Below are positions 37,102 through 46,857 of a stretch of 64,000 nucleotides of DNA, piece after piece. The notes below the pieces were generated by a model. It was not told where the DNA came from, did not search any database, and saw only the letters and a list, made by a program, of their open reading frames with translations. Every line of letters begins with the position of its first letter. Position 1 is the first letter of the stretch. Location: NCBI GenBank assembly GCA_043808365.1, contig JAZDEZ010000007.1, positions 73,637 to 137,636 of the forward strand. Direction: 5' to 3'. A program made the position numbers and the translations under genes. Origin of the DNA: Patescibacteria group bacterium. GTDB taxonomy: Bacteria; Patescibacteriota; Patescibacteriia; UBA10025; JAHIVO01.

Positions 37102-37389
37102 ATGTACACATACTACGTCTACATCATGACAAATAAATTCAATCGTGTCTTATATACCGGCGTTACTAATAATTTAATACGCCGAGTTCTTGAACATAAG
37201 ACAAAAGTTTCGTCTGGTTTTACCAGCCGATATAATGCCACAAAACTTTTATACTACGAAGAAACAAACGATATTGGAGTAGCTATAGGTCGCGAGAAAC
37301 AGATTAAAGGCTGGATTCGGAAAAAGAAGGTTGTGTTGATAAAAACCATAAACCCCACTTGGCAAGATTTAAGCGAATACTTTTTCTAA
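37102..37389 (+). CDS. GIY-YIG nuclease family protein (UPF0213-like)
   Basis: 95 aa. YYVYIMTNKFNRVLYTGVTNNLIRRVLEHK .. REKQIKGW. Confidence 0.85.
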   Translation: MYTYYVYIMTNKFNRVLYTGVTNNLIRRVLEHKTKVSSGFTSRYNATKLLYYEETNDIGVAIGREKQIKGWIRKKKVVLIKTINPTWQDLSEYFF

Positions 37390-37644
37390 TTGTCATTCTG
37401 AAGCCGAGCGTCAGCGAGGATGATGAATCTCCTGACCGCAGGTCAGGAGACGCTTCGCTTCACTCAGCGTGACAATAAAGGGGATGGGACTTGCCGAATT
37501 TGTTACAGCATCCATAACTATAACGGAGGATGGTTTTTTTATCTCCCGAGCGCACCTCTCCGCGGGTGCGCGTCTATCCAAAAAAAGGGGGGTTGCTTCA
37601 TTGTTCCACTCCTCACTATGACAAACTATAAGCGCTTCCTCATA

Positions 37645-37677
37645 AATAAAAAAGGCAGCCAGAACATTCTTGCTGCC
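37645..37677 (-). terminator. Intrinsic terminator of the small Cys-rich ORF
   Basis: On the minus strand, GGCAGC-N12-GCTGCC is followed by a T-run directly after the stop. Confidence 0.7.
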
Positions 37678-37700
37678 TTATCCAATAAAAGGACCGCTCT

Positions 37701-37925
37701 CTAGAGCTGCGGAAAATCGTACAGGCGCACTGCCCTGCTGGTGCCGCAGGCCTTGCAATTATGCAAATCGAATGGGAGTACGGAAGTGCCTCTCGTATCC
37801 CAGTGGCCGACGCAAGGGCCATAAATCTTGTTCTGGCAGTTCTTGTTGGCCGGCCGGAGTTGATCTTGCCCCGCGGCCAGTATCTCCTCCCGCAGCTGGG
37901 GATCATCACCGATGGTTCCAGGCAT
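37701..37925 (-). CDS. Small Cys-rich hypothetical protein
   Basis: 74 aa from MPGTIGDD. Cys/His cluster is CQNKIYGPCVGHW..HNCKACG. It has its own terminator and is locally more GC-rich than its surroundings. Confidence 0.45.
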   Translation of the reverse strand: MPGTIGDDPQLREEILAAGQDQLRPANKNCQNKIYGPCVGHWDTRGTSVLPFDLHNCKACGTSRAVRLYDFPQL

Positions 37926-38062
37926 AATATACAAACCTACCTTTCTGGATTGACATGATCAAAAGAACCATTTACAATGTCCCCACATCTTAGTGCAATG
38001 GACGCAACTTGTCAACGAAGCGCCAAATAGGTATAATTTACTCAATCTAAACTAAAAATTTT

Positions 38063-38296
38063 ATGGGATTACCAGCAAAACGCCGGACAAAACAGTCAAA
38101 ACGAGAACGCGCTGCGCACTTTGCGCTCACGGTACAGCAATTGGCCAGCTGCCCAAAATGCAAAAAACCGATCCGGCCGCACCACGTGTGTGATTTTTGC
38201 GGTTTTTACAAGGGCAAGGACGTGCTGATGCTGGATACGAAAGCTGACCGCAAAAAAAAGAAAGCCAAGAAAAAAGAGGCTAAGGCAAAGAAATAA
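38063..38296 (+). CDS. rpmF: 50S ribosomal protein L32 with a Lys-rich C-terminal extension
   Basis: MGLPAKRRTKQSKRERAAH.. CPKCKKPIRPHHVCDFCGFYKGKDV. Confidence 0.9.
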   Translation: MGLPAKRRTKQSKRERAAHFALTVQQLASCPKCKKPIRPHHVCDFCGFYKGKDVLMLDTKADRKKKKAKKKEAKAKK

Positions 38297-38298
38297 AT

Positions 38299-38447
38299 AG
38301 CCAATTCCTAATTACTAATTTCCCCGCCTGCTTCGCCTTTGCGAAGCAAATGGCGGGCAGGTAATCAATCCCCAATGATTTAATGACTAATTGAACATTT
38401 AGGAATTAATCATTGATTAAATATTAGAAATTGAGTATTAGAAATTC
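38299..38447. repeat. AT-rich palindromic element with a nested GC-clamp hairpin (38322-38361)
   Basis: The outer arms are AATTCCTAATTACTAATTTC and GAAATTGAGTATTAGAAATT. The nested part is CCCCGCCTGC-TTCGCCTTTGCGAAGCAAAT-GGCGGGCAGG. The 15-mer CTAATTACTAATTTC is the reverse complement of 5608-5622. Confidence 0.7.
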
Positions 38448-38511
38448 AGGCACAGCATCTCCATAACACATAAACCATCCACGCGTACATATTCCGCTTT
38501 TCGAAAAAACT

Positions 38512-39018
38512 ATGTCAAACCGCCATCTCTCCCGGACCATCGCCATGCAATCCCTGTACGAATGGGATTTCAACAAGCTGGACGAACGCGTGCTCCCGGC
38601 TCTCATTGGGCGAAACTTAAAAGAGTTTGCGCCGGCGTTTGAAGACAACGGCTTCAGCATGCGGCTGGTCAAAGGCGTCATCCATAATCTCGCTGACATC
38701 AACCGGCTCATTACCTCGTTTGCGCCAGAGTGGCCGCTGGAGCAAATCACCGTTGTCGACCGGAACGTCCTGCGCATCGGCATCTGCGAGCTGAAATTTT
38801 CCAAAGGAGAAATCCCGCCCAAGGTGGCGATTAACGAAGCCATCGAACTGGCTAAAAGCTTCGGCGGGGAATCGTCCGGTAAATTCATCAACGGCGTCCT
38901 TGGTTCCATTTACAAAGAAATGGTCAAGGCCGGCGAAGTCGCCATTTCCGAAACTGGGCCCAAGCATCCGGCGCCAAACGACCAGCCCATCCAACCAACT
39001 AACCAGCCATCAGTTTAA
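38512..39018 (+). CDS. nusB: Transcription antitermination factor NusB
   Basis: 168 aa. [13 protein letters not shown] .. [13 protein letters not shown] .. [22 protein letters not shown]. Confidence 0.9.
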   Translation: MSNRHLSRTIAMQSLYEWDFNKLDERVLPALIGRNLKEFAPAFEDNGFSMRLVKGVIHNLADINRLITSFAPEWPLEQITVVDRNVLRIGICELKFSKGEIPPKVAINEAIELAKSFGGESSGKFINGVLGSIYKEMVKAGEVAISETGPKHPAPNDQPIQPTNQPSV

Positions 39019-39069
39019 ACGAGCGTTCGGTGTTCCGCGAACTTTCGTTTAAGCTCGTGCATACGCATC

Positions 39070-39759
39070 ATGAAAGAAATCAACGAGCTAGAAAAAAACA
39101 TCAAAATCACCTTCAAGAGCCAGGACCTCCTGCGGCAGGCCATGGTCCATCGTTCGTATCTCAATGAGCATCCGGAGTTCCCCCTGCCCCACAACGAGCG
39201 GCTGGAATTTTTAGGCGACGCGGTGCTGGAGCTGGTCGTGACGGAATACCTCTACGCTAAATATCCGAACCCGGAGGGCGACCTGACCAACTGGCGCGCC
39301 AGCCTGGTCAACTCAAAAATGCTGGCGCAGATTGCCCAGGCCTGCGACCTCAACGGCTACCTCTACTTATCGAAAGGCGAATCAAAGGACGCAAACTCGA
39401 AAGCCAGGCAGTTCATCATGGCCAACGCTTTCGAAGCCCTTATCGGCGCCATCTACCTGGACCAAGGCTGGGAATCGGCGAAAAAATTCATCCATGAACA
39501 GATCCTTTTCCATCTGGAAGGCATCATCGCCAATAAAGCCTATCAGGACCCGAAAAGCCGGTTCCAGGAATTGAGCCAGGAAAATTACGGAATCACGCCG
39601 TCTTACCAAGTATTGTCCGAGAACGGTCCGGACCACGCGAAAAATTTCGTCATCGGTTTGTTCTTGGGCAAAGAGCGAATCGCCACCGGCGAAGGCTTGT
39701 CAAAACAGGAAGCGCAGGTCGCCGCCGCCGAGGCCGGGCTGAAAGTAAAAAACTGGTAG
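39070..39759 (+). CDS. rnc: Ribonuclease III
   Basis: 229 aa. Signature NERLEFLGDAVLELVV, followed by a dsRBD (KSRFQELSQ...GEGLSKQEAQVAAAEAGL). Confidence 0.95.
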   Translation: MKEINELEKNIKITFKSQDLLRQAMVHRSYLNEHPEFPLPHNERLEFLGDAVLELVVTEYLYAKYPNPEGDLTNWRASLVNSKMLAQIAQACDLNGYLYLSKGESKDANSKARQFIMANAFEALIGAIYLDQGWESAKKFIHEQILFHLEGIIANKAYQDPKSRFQELSQENYGITPSYQVLSENGPDHAKNFVIGLFLGKERIATGEGLSKQEAQVAAAEAGLKVKNW

Positions 39760-39837
39760 TGACAGGCAATAAAAAATATTCCATACTCCCCTGCGTATTA
39801 AGGTAACGACACGATAATTATTAATAAGAAGAATTTT

Positions 39838-40971
39838 ATGCGAAAAATGACCACTCTCATTGGCAGTTCGGCCATTCTTTTTGCGCTACTCATGGCCCTG
39901 CCGGCTCACGCTGAAAGCGTTTCAACCAGCGCGATCAACGTCACAGGCACCCTCACCGCCATGAGCGGCACCAGCGTCCCAGCGACAATTACGTTAACCG
40001 CCGGCGCCACGGTCTACACGGTGAATGTCGACTCGGCCACAGTCCTGGTCAGAAAATATAATAGTTTGGCTGACCTCTCGGAATTCCTGATCGGTGACAT
40101 ACTCCTGATACGTGGCACCCTGTCGAAAGACGCTGTGAATACCATCACGCCGAAAACAATCAAAGACCTTTCCGTCCAGCGCGCGGGCGGCACCTTCATT
40201 GGCAATATCGTAACAACAAACTGCGCCGCTAATTCTTTCACCTACAAGCCAAAAGATCGGGAGCAGCAAACCGTAACCATTACCACCAATACAAAAATCA
40301 TCCGCGGTGGAGAAAAAATTACATGCACCGACCTGAAAAACGGTGAACTGACACGGGTCATCGGACTCTGGCGGCCAGCGACCAAACAGATAGAAGCTGA
40401 CCGTATCATTGTCTATATGAAAACCCTATCCGGAACAATCTCGGCAATTGAACTCACTGATGGCGGACTGCCGGCAACCTTTACCGTTGACCTGGCCAAT
40501 AAACAACAATGGACGGTAAATATTACCTCCACGACGAAGCTTTTCCGCAAACACATGCTCGCGGCTACAATCGATGAGTTTTCCGTGGGGGACAAGATAG
40601 AGGCCCGCGGCACGCTGGGCACCGGCAAGACGCTCAATGCGAAAATAGTCAGGAACAATACGGTCGTCGCAAAGTACCGCGACATGAAAGGCACGATCAA
40701 GTCCATTGACGCCGCTGCCCGCACGTTCGTCCTCCAGATGGGCAATTCGAAAAAAATGGCAGAGGTGACGGTCACCACTTCAAGCTCGACAAAATACCTG
40801 TACCTGGAAAAACCGGTAGCGAGCACCGGATTCGTGAAAGCCGCCTGCAATACCACTGTCAATAAGACATTTGACGACCTGACTGTCGGCGAAAAGGTCA
40901 AAGTGGTCGGAGACTACGCCTCTGCCACGAGAATATTGGCCGCCTCGCGGGTCATCTGGGACAACAAATAA
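39838..40971 (+). CDS. Secreted repeat protein (four tandem beta-rich modules)
   Basis: Signal peptide MRKMTTLIGSSAILFALLMALPAHA. Modules recur, each ending ..F.VGD.I..RGTL / ..L.NGE.TRVIG. Confidence 0.6.
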   Translation: MRKMTTLIGSSAILFALLMALPAHAESVSTSAINVTGTLTAMSGTSVPATITLTAGATVYTVNVDSATVLVRKYNSLADLSEFLIGDILLIRGTLSKDAVNTITPKTIKDLSVQRAGGTFIGNIVTTNCAANSFTYKPKDREQQTVTITTNTKIIRGGEKITCTDLKNGELTRVIGLWRPATKQIEADRIIVYMKTLSGTISAIELTDGGLPATFTVDLANKQQWTVNITSTTKLFRKHMLAATIDEFSVGDKIEARGTLGTGKTLNAKIVRNNTVVAKYRDMKGTIKSIDAAARTFVLQMGNSKKMAEVTVTTSSSTKYLYLEKPVASTGFVKAACNTTVNKTFDDLTVGEKVKVVGDYASATRILAASRVIWDNK

Positions 40972-41026
40972 TTTCACTCTTTATAAAAAATCAAAACAGT
41001 AACCTTTAAAAAACAAGGGAGGAAAA

Positions 41027-42058
41027 ATGCCTATCAGAATCGGCATTAACGGTTTCGGCAGAATCGGCCGGATTTTCCTGCGGCAAGCATTTGAAGATTC
41101 AGGAATTGAGGTAGTCGGTATCAACGACCTGATGACGGCGGGAAACATGGCCTATCTTCTACAAAACGACACAACCTATGGCCGGCTGGATCGCCATGTA
41201 GAGACAGCTGATGGTAAAAACATTGAAACAACTAATAGTAAAACCATTGATCTGGGCCAATCGGTGATTCCAACTTTCAGCTGCAAAGATCCCGGTGAAC
41301 TGCCCTGGGGCGACCTGAAAGCCGATATTGTCATTGAATCAACCGGCAAGTTCCGCAAACGGCCAGACATTGCCAAACATCTGACTGGAGGCGCTAAGAA
41401 AGTCCTGCTGACAGTCCCGTCTGAAAAACCGGAAGATGTTGACGCTACTATCGTTATGGGAGTGAACGACGACCAACTCGTTCCAGAAATGCAGATTATT
41501 TCCAACGCTTCCTGCACCACCAACTGCCTGGCGCCCCTGGCTAAGGTGATTCATAAAAACTTCGGGATTGTTTCCGGCCTGATGACCACCATCCATAGCT
41601 ACACCAATGACCAGGTGCTGCTCGACTTTCCGCATAACGACTTCCGGCGCGGCAGAAGCGCGGCCGCCAATATCATACCGACCAGCACCGGCGCGGCCAA
41701 GGCCATCGGTCTGGTCATTCCCGAGCTGGCCGGCAAGATGAACGGGCTGGCAGTGCGCGTGCCAACTATCACCGGTTCAATGGTAGACCTGGTGGTTAGC
41801 CTCTCCCAAACGCCGACAGCCGAAAAAATCAACCAAGCTGTCGCCCTGGCCGCTGATAATGAGTTAGAGGGAATACTGGAATATTCAGACGAACCTCTGG
41901 TTTCGAGCGATATCATCCGCAACCCAGCCAGCTGTATTTTTGACTCCTTGCTGACCATGCGGGTCGGTAATCGACAGTACAAGCTGATCGCCTGGTATGA
42001 CAACGAGTGGGCCTACTGCAGCCGGCTAATCGATCTGGTTCATAGAATGTCCCAATAA
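41027..42058 (+). CDS. gap: Type I glyceraldehyde-3-phosphate dehydrogenase
   Basis: 343 aa. INGFGRIGR, active site SNASCTTNCLAP and WYDNEWAY. Confidence 0.95.
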   Translation: MPIRIGINGFGRIGRIFLRQAFEDSGIEVVGINDLMTAGNMAYLLQNDTTYGRLDRHVETADGKNIETTNSKTIDLGQSVIPTFSCKDPGELPWGDLKADIVIESTGKFRKRPDIAKHLTGGAKKVLLTVPSEKPEDVDATIVMGVNDDQLVPEMQIISNASCTTNCLAPLAKVIHKNFGIVSGLMTTIHSYTNDQVLLDFPHNDFRRGRSAAANIIPTSTGAAKAIGLVIPELAGKMNGLAVRVPTITGSMVDLVVSLSQTPTAEKINQAVALAADNELEGILEYSDEPLVSSDIIRNPASCIFDSLLTMRVGNRQYKLIAWYDNEWAYCSRLIDLVHRMSQ

Positions 42059-42074
42059 TGTTCATTTCCAAAAA

Positions 42075-42099
42075 CCACAGAATTATCTGTGGTTTTTTT
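42075..42099 (+). terminator. Intrinsic terminator after gap
   Basis: CCACAG-N6-CTGTGG followed by T7. Confidence 0.8.
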
Positions 42100-42228
42100 C
42101 TATTATAAATAAGGGGCGCACCATGTCAGACAAGCAGTTTTTTATTATTTTTTTTAATTAACGAGGAGGCTTGACAAAAAACTCTCCAGAGGATAAACTC
42201 CTCAGAAAGCCAAAAAATAGGAGAGAAT

Positions 42229-42966
42229 ATGGTACCTTTAAAACTTATCAATTCGGTAGCCAGAAACCAGCTGCCCTCTGGCCAATTTCCCACCCTCATG
42301 AGAAATGTGGAGGAAAACTGGCAAAGACAGGTGGGGACCCTCACCCCGACATATCTGGTCTGCCTGTTGCTGTCCCTGTACCGGGAACGGCATCAATCGC
42401 ACGCGATAATTGATCGAATTATTTCACGATGCCTAGATTACGTCGAATCTCGGTGCTACTACGATCCGATCGAGGGCTATCGCGTCTGGCACTTCAATTG
42501 CTTCTACCCGCCGGATTGGGAAGAAATCTGCTGGTGCACCTGGATGCTCTGCGAAGCCAAACGGATAAACCGCCGGGAGCTCGAGGCTCTGTACCGCCTG
42601 ATACGGGAAAACGAAACCGAAGAAAACGGCATCGGCGTCTGGATCCGCCACCCCTACAGCGAAGAAAGCAAATACAAGAATGCGTTCGACGGCTTCGTTG
42701 ACCTGTCCATCACCTTTTGGCTGAAAAATGTCTTTCGGACCTGCTCAGCACCGACGGACGCGCTCCTGACCCGTTCAATCGCGGCCAACAATCTTTCGAG
42801 ATACTATTTCCCCGACTTTGCCAGATTTTTCTTCTCGCTTTTCGGGCATTTTGACCCGCCGGCGCAGCTGCCTTCGCCAGACGCGCCGCTTTTCCATCAA
42901 GGCAGCCGCCGGCAGGTGCAGTATTTCTCGCCTGACGTGTGGCTAGCCGCCAAATTGTTCGTCTAA
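42229..42966 (+). CDS. Hypothetical Trp/Cys-rich protein
   Basis: 245-aa ORF with GGAGAG RBS. No confident domain assignment. Confidence 0.55.
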   Translation: MVPLKLINSVARNQLPSGQFPTLMRNVEENWQRQVGTLTPTYLVCLLLSLYRERHQSHAIIDRIISRCLDYVESRCYYDPIEGYRVWHFNCFYPPDWEEICWCTWMLCEAKRINRRELEALYRLIRENETEENGIGVWIRHPYSEESKYKNAFDGFVDLSITFWLKNVFRTCSAPTDALLTRSIAANNLSRYYFPDFARFFFSLFGHFDPPAQLPSPDAPLFHQGSRRQVQYFSPDVWLAAKLFV

Positions 42967-43606
42967 TAATGCTATCGACTGCTTTTTTTTAAAAACTCCT
43001 GGAAAAATTTCGGGAGTTTTTTATTTTTTACAGAGTAAAAAAAACTCTGCTGCCGCTGACTGTGGCTGTAAGCGTACAGACACTGACCGCGGGAAACAAA
43101 ACCGCTAAGCTCATTATCCGGCACTACTGGCGGATCGTGGTATATCAAACGACCACGGCCCATCACTGTCAACAAGGAGGCGCGCACACCACTCCTCTTT
43201 TTTTATTAAAATATGTAAAACAAACTATAAAATCAGGCGCCGTCTAATATAGACAGCGCCTTCTGTTGTACTTAGAGCGGCTTTTTTAAATATAATTTAT
43301 AAAAGCCTAAAGTTCGTTTTCACCACGTGCTTCTTGGGTTAAACGAGCAGACCCTGATGACGTTTCAGCATAATAATGCTCCGCGTCCACGTTAATTGTT
43401 ATTAATTGCCTGCAGAGACTGCAGTGTTAATAAAGTGCTGTAAAAATCTAAGAGGCAGTTCCTAGTGGATATCATATCAACGATTTATGAAACTTTCAAG
43501 CCTAGCGGCACCGTATGGTCGATAACTAATTGACAGGCAGTCTAATTTCAGGTAATTTACTGACAGTACCGAACCTAGAACACTCTCAAGCATAAAGGAG
43601 GATACA

Positions 43607-43966
43607 GTGGATAGCGTACCTTTGCTCAAACGGGGGGAAGCAGCAATTCCCGCCGGTACAGTCATTCGGGGCTTCCCTCGCATCAGAGTGGCTGCCGTCA
43701 ATCCAAGCATCGGATTCGCTCCAGGGGTGACGCTTATTTTTACGCCGAAAAAATCCAGAAGCAGCCACCGCCCCTGCCGAATCACCGTGAGATCTATGCA
43801 GATCAACCACCAACCAGTAGATGCGGTCCAGCCTGGCCAGGCCTGCGGCATAGAACTGGACTGCCCCAACAATAAAATGCCAGAACGCGGCGATACTGTC
43901 TGGCTGGTCACGCCGGAGGGTGGGGAAGTAGACTTTCCGCCTCCGGGACTCAGCTTCCCCACGTAA
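43607..43966 (+). CDS. Small hypothetical protein resembling a stand-alone translation-factor beta-barrel (EF-Tu domain 2-like)
   Basis: AGGAGGA RBS and a GTG start. The pattern RITVRSMQINHQPVDAVQPGQACGIELD..ERGDTVWLV resembles the domain-2 consensus. Confidence 0.5.
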   Translation: MDSVPLLKRGEAAIPAGTVIRGFPRIRVAAVNPSIGFAPGVTLIFTPKKSRSSHRPCRITVRSMQINHQPVDAVQPGQACGIELDCPNNKMPERGDTVWLVTPEGGEVDFPPPGLSFPT

Positions 43967-44233
43967 CATGTGGCGAGGAGGAAAAACACCGTTCATTTTT
44001 AAAATGAAAACGACGGCGCTTGTTAAAAGATCAGCTAAAGACAGCGGTAAAATCCTGCCCCTAAAAAAGGCAGGATTTTTTTATTCACCTCCGCTAATCC
44101 CTCTGAGCTTGGCCTGCTCCGCCGAAATAACTTCAGCTATGAAGGCTGGACTGTGGGGTGGTTCATTTGACTTTTGCCTGATATTTATATAGGGTAAATT
44201 CAACGGATGTTCCTGAAAAACAAGGAGGAAAAA

Positions 44234-44452
44234 ATGGATAAAACTGGAGCTGGGATGATAATAGGGCCCTTTGAGCCGAAAATTCTGGTTTGCGTTGAAT
44301 GCGGCAAAGAATTTGTCTTTACCGCAAGTGCTCAACAGTACTTTGCTGAGCTAGGTTACATTGAAGATCCTAAATGGTGCAAGCACTGTTATGTGTCGCG
44401 TAAACGCCAGCGAAAGAACAATGAGCCGCCGCCGGCAAAAACACAGGGCTAA
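44234..44452 (+). CDS. Zinc-ribbon domain protein (CxxCG..F.FTA..Q.YF...G...P..C..C type)
   Basis: AAGGAGG RBS before MDKTGAG. The motif is CVECGKEFVFTASAQQYFAELGYIEDPKWCKHCY. Confidence 0.65.
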   Translation: MDKTGAGMIIGPFEPKILVCVECGKEFVFTASAQQYFAELGYIEDPKWCKHCYVSRKRQRKNNEPPPAKTQG

Positions 44453-44495
44453 GGTAATATAATGAAAAGCACTTTAACATGTCAGGTGAGAAAAA

Positions 44496-44762
44496 ATGGC
44501 TAAAATAGGCAAAAGGGACGTATTCAGGATGACATTAGATTTGCCCTTAAGCGACATGGGTCGTATTGAAAAATTGCAAGAACTAACCGGCTCGAGCACT
44601 CACAAATCTATCTTTGACATGGCGCTTGCCGTTACAATGTATGTAGTTGAGTGTTTACAGAATGGCGAAAGATTTAATGTTGTCACGCCTGGAGGTGAAA
44701 TTAAAGAAATCATTTTTCCTTTAAGGGTGAATAGATTAAAAAAAAGGAAAAAAATTTCTTAA
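44496..44762 (+). CDS. Small hypothetical protein, possibly ribbon-helix-helix-like
   Basis: 88 aa. The N-terminal FRMTLDLPLSDMGRIEKLQELTG resembles RHH strand-helix segments. No partner toxin gene is adjacent. Confidence 0.45.
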   Translation: MAKIGKRDVFRMTLDLPLSDMGRIEKLQELTGSSTHKSIFDMALAVTMYVVECLQNGERFNVVTPGGEIKEIIFPLRVNRLKKRKKIS

Positions 44763-45077
44763 GAAAAAACCGACAAACCGCCGAGACAAAAATCCGGTGG
44801 TTTTTTATTTATTTAAAAGAACGCCGTTTTATAAAAATTGGTAATAAATAATACAATGGCGATTTTTACCAGACAAAGTCAAATTAAATAAATCTCCGCG
44901 CTGAGAACACGAAATACACGCATGGAAACCGTGCGGCTCACAAATCCCGTACATGAACTTTTTTAGAATTTTAGATTGGGTAATCTCCGCGATTAAATAT
45001 TGACAAATCATACGCTATTTTATAAAATGGCGTCACTCAAGTAAAAGATTGAACATTTTTCAATAGGAGGTCGTTTC

Positions 45078-45482
45078 ATGGCAAACGCGAAAGAGCTAAT
45101 CCCCGTTGGCCAAGTTTTCGGAACTTTTAAAACTAATGACGAAGGAAATGTCATTATCGGAATCCAGGTGACTGACCATCCTTTCGGCACTGGGAACAGC
45201 CTTTTCCTCCGTCCGGCCGATAAACCGGAGAAACTGATGGAAATAAAAGTCAGCACTCTGGAATTAAATCGCACCAGGACAAATGTCGCCCTACCGGGAG
45301 GATCGTATGGAGTAAAGCCCTTTCTCAGCAACGGCACGGCGCTATCCGCCATTCCTGAGCCCGGCTGGCAAGTGCTGGTGCGCGCCAACCAGTCAGATGG
45401 AGCCGCCAAACGCCAGCCCAAGACCTGGCCGCGGCCGCCGCGCTACGAGGTAAAAAAATTGCTTCTTGGGCAGATTAGATAG
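45078..45482 (+). CDS. Small hypothetical protein, second beta-barrel-like orphan
   Basis: TAGGAGG RBS with a TTGACA-N17-TAAAAT promoter at about 45001. The architecture resembles 43607-43966 (weak). Confidence 0.5.
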   Translation: MANAKELIPVGQVFGTFKTNDEGNVIIGIQVTDHPFGTGNSLFLRPADKPEKLMEIKVSTLELNRTRTNVALPGGSYGVKPFLSNGTALSAIPEPGWQVLVRANQSDGAAKRQPKTWPRPPRYEVKKLLLGQIR

Positions 45483-45896
45483 CCATTCGTTCTTATGTAC
45501 GCGCTCAACGGAATTTCCGGCGCGTACTTTTTTTGCTTAAACACGGCGCGGGGGCTTGACGCCACCGTTTACCGGTGTTAAGTTAATGTAATTAAAAAGT
45601 GCTTTAACGCATCGAATAAGAAAACCACGCGCTTTGATGTGGAAAAGAACTTGGTAATATTAGCCGTGTTACCAGCATCTTCTTCAGATCATCCAGAAGA
45701 GGCGCGCCAGAGCGCGAAAAAAGCCTTGCCGCAAAGAGCGACAAAAAACACTGCCAGAGCAGTGGGCTTACAGGAAGTACCCCGGATGAAGCGCAAGAGC
45801 GCGGGGATCCGCTACGCCGCTATTTGGTCAACAGCAGCGTGCCTTCAAGAGAAGATATAGCGGTAATTCCAACCCGACCACGGAGGATATATTACA

Positions 45897-46697
45897 ATGG
45901 AACCTTTACAATTTGGAGTCGAGTGGCCGAAGCAGTTCGGCTTCTTGGAGCAATTTGGCATGAGGAATCAATTTCTCCTCATCCTGGCTTCGGCGCGAAG
46001 CGCGAGGGATTTACGGCATCTTCATTCTTTGCTGCCGGCAAACTGCCAGTTGCCCCAAAAAGACTTTGAAAAACTTTGCGAGTTCTGGCAAGGACTCTGG
46101 GGCGATAAGAAGCCGATAATAGGATGTCGCCTTGGCGACAGCGTAATGCAAGCGATACTGAATTATATGTGTCCAGAGGCAGGTTTGCGCGCTTACTACC
46201 GAAGCCTCTTAATGAAAAGAGTGGAACAAAAAATATGCGGCATACACGATGCGGACAAAGTGTATAGTCCACAGTATGATACCCGTGGTCAATCGCTTTT
46301 TATCGTATGCCTCGATGCGTCTGACGATGCATCTGACGAGCTCAAAATCGGCTTAAATCTCTTCCGATCACATGATATGGAATTTTTCGGAATCCGATTG
46401 CATGTGTGCAATCGGGACTTAACCGAAAAGGTGACGCATCAGCTCCTGCAATTACCCCCCTCGGGAATGACATATTGGATGGGCAAGGGCATTTATTGTT
46501 CGGATCCCGAGACTATCACTGATTTCTGGTATTTTGTCCCACTTTTAAAACTGGAACACGCTATAACAAATTGCAAAAATGAAGACACCTGGACTGGGCC
46601 AAAAATGGTAGCTATAAGCGTGTTGACACAAACCTTACTAACAGTGTTAAAGGAAGATGTCGGACTGAAAGTCAGATCTCTTCAGCCGTGCTGGTAG
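45897..46697 (+). CDS. Hypothetical protein
   Basis: 266-aa ORF with CGGAGGA RBS. It is preceded by a ~300-nt leader from a TTGACG-N17-TTAAGT promoter at about 45555. Confidence 0.55.
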   Translation: MEPLQFGVEWPKQFGFLEQFGMRNQFLLILASARSARDLRHLHSLLPANCQLPQKDFEKLCEFWQGLWGDKKPIIGCRLGDSVMQAILNYMCPEAGLRAYYRSLLMKRVEQKICGIHDADKVYSPQYDTRGQSLFIVCLDASDDASDELKIGLNLFRSHDMEFFGIRLHVCNRDLTEKVTHQLLQLPPSGMTYWMGKGIYCSDPETITDFWYFVPLLKLEHAITNCKNEDTWTGPKMVAISVLTQTLLTVLKEDVGLKVRSLQPCW

Positions 46698-46857
46698 CGC
46701 TCATTTCTGCTAATAAAACAAAAGCTGTTCTACCCAGAACGGCTTTTTTTATACACAAAAAATCCAGTGATTTTTTATTTGACATTAAAAAGTACTGATG
46801 GTAAAGTATTGAAAATTAAATTGCACATTAAAAACCATAAAAAAACAGGAGGTTTCC

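Noticed and set aside
43031-43205. A possible small RNA between two terminator-like hairpins in the 640-bp gap before 43607.
   Set aside because: No convincing promoter was found, the second terminator has only a 4-bp GC stem, and there is no resemblance to SRP, 6S or tmRNA motifs that I could recognise. RNA-seq or Infernal would be needed.
45639-45860. A 73-aa ORF within the ~300-nt leader of the 45897 gene.
   Set aside because: It has a GTG start without an RBS and a basic, low-complexity translation. It cannot be excluded as a small protein, but there is not enough evidence to call it.
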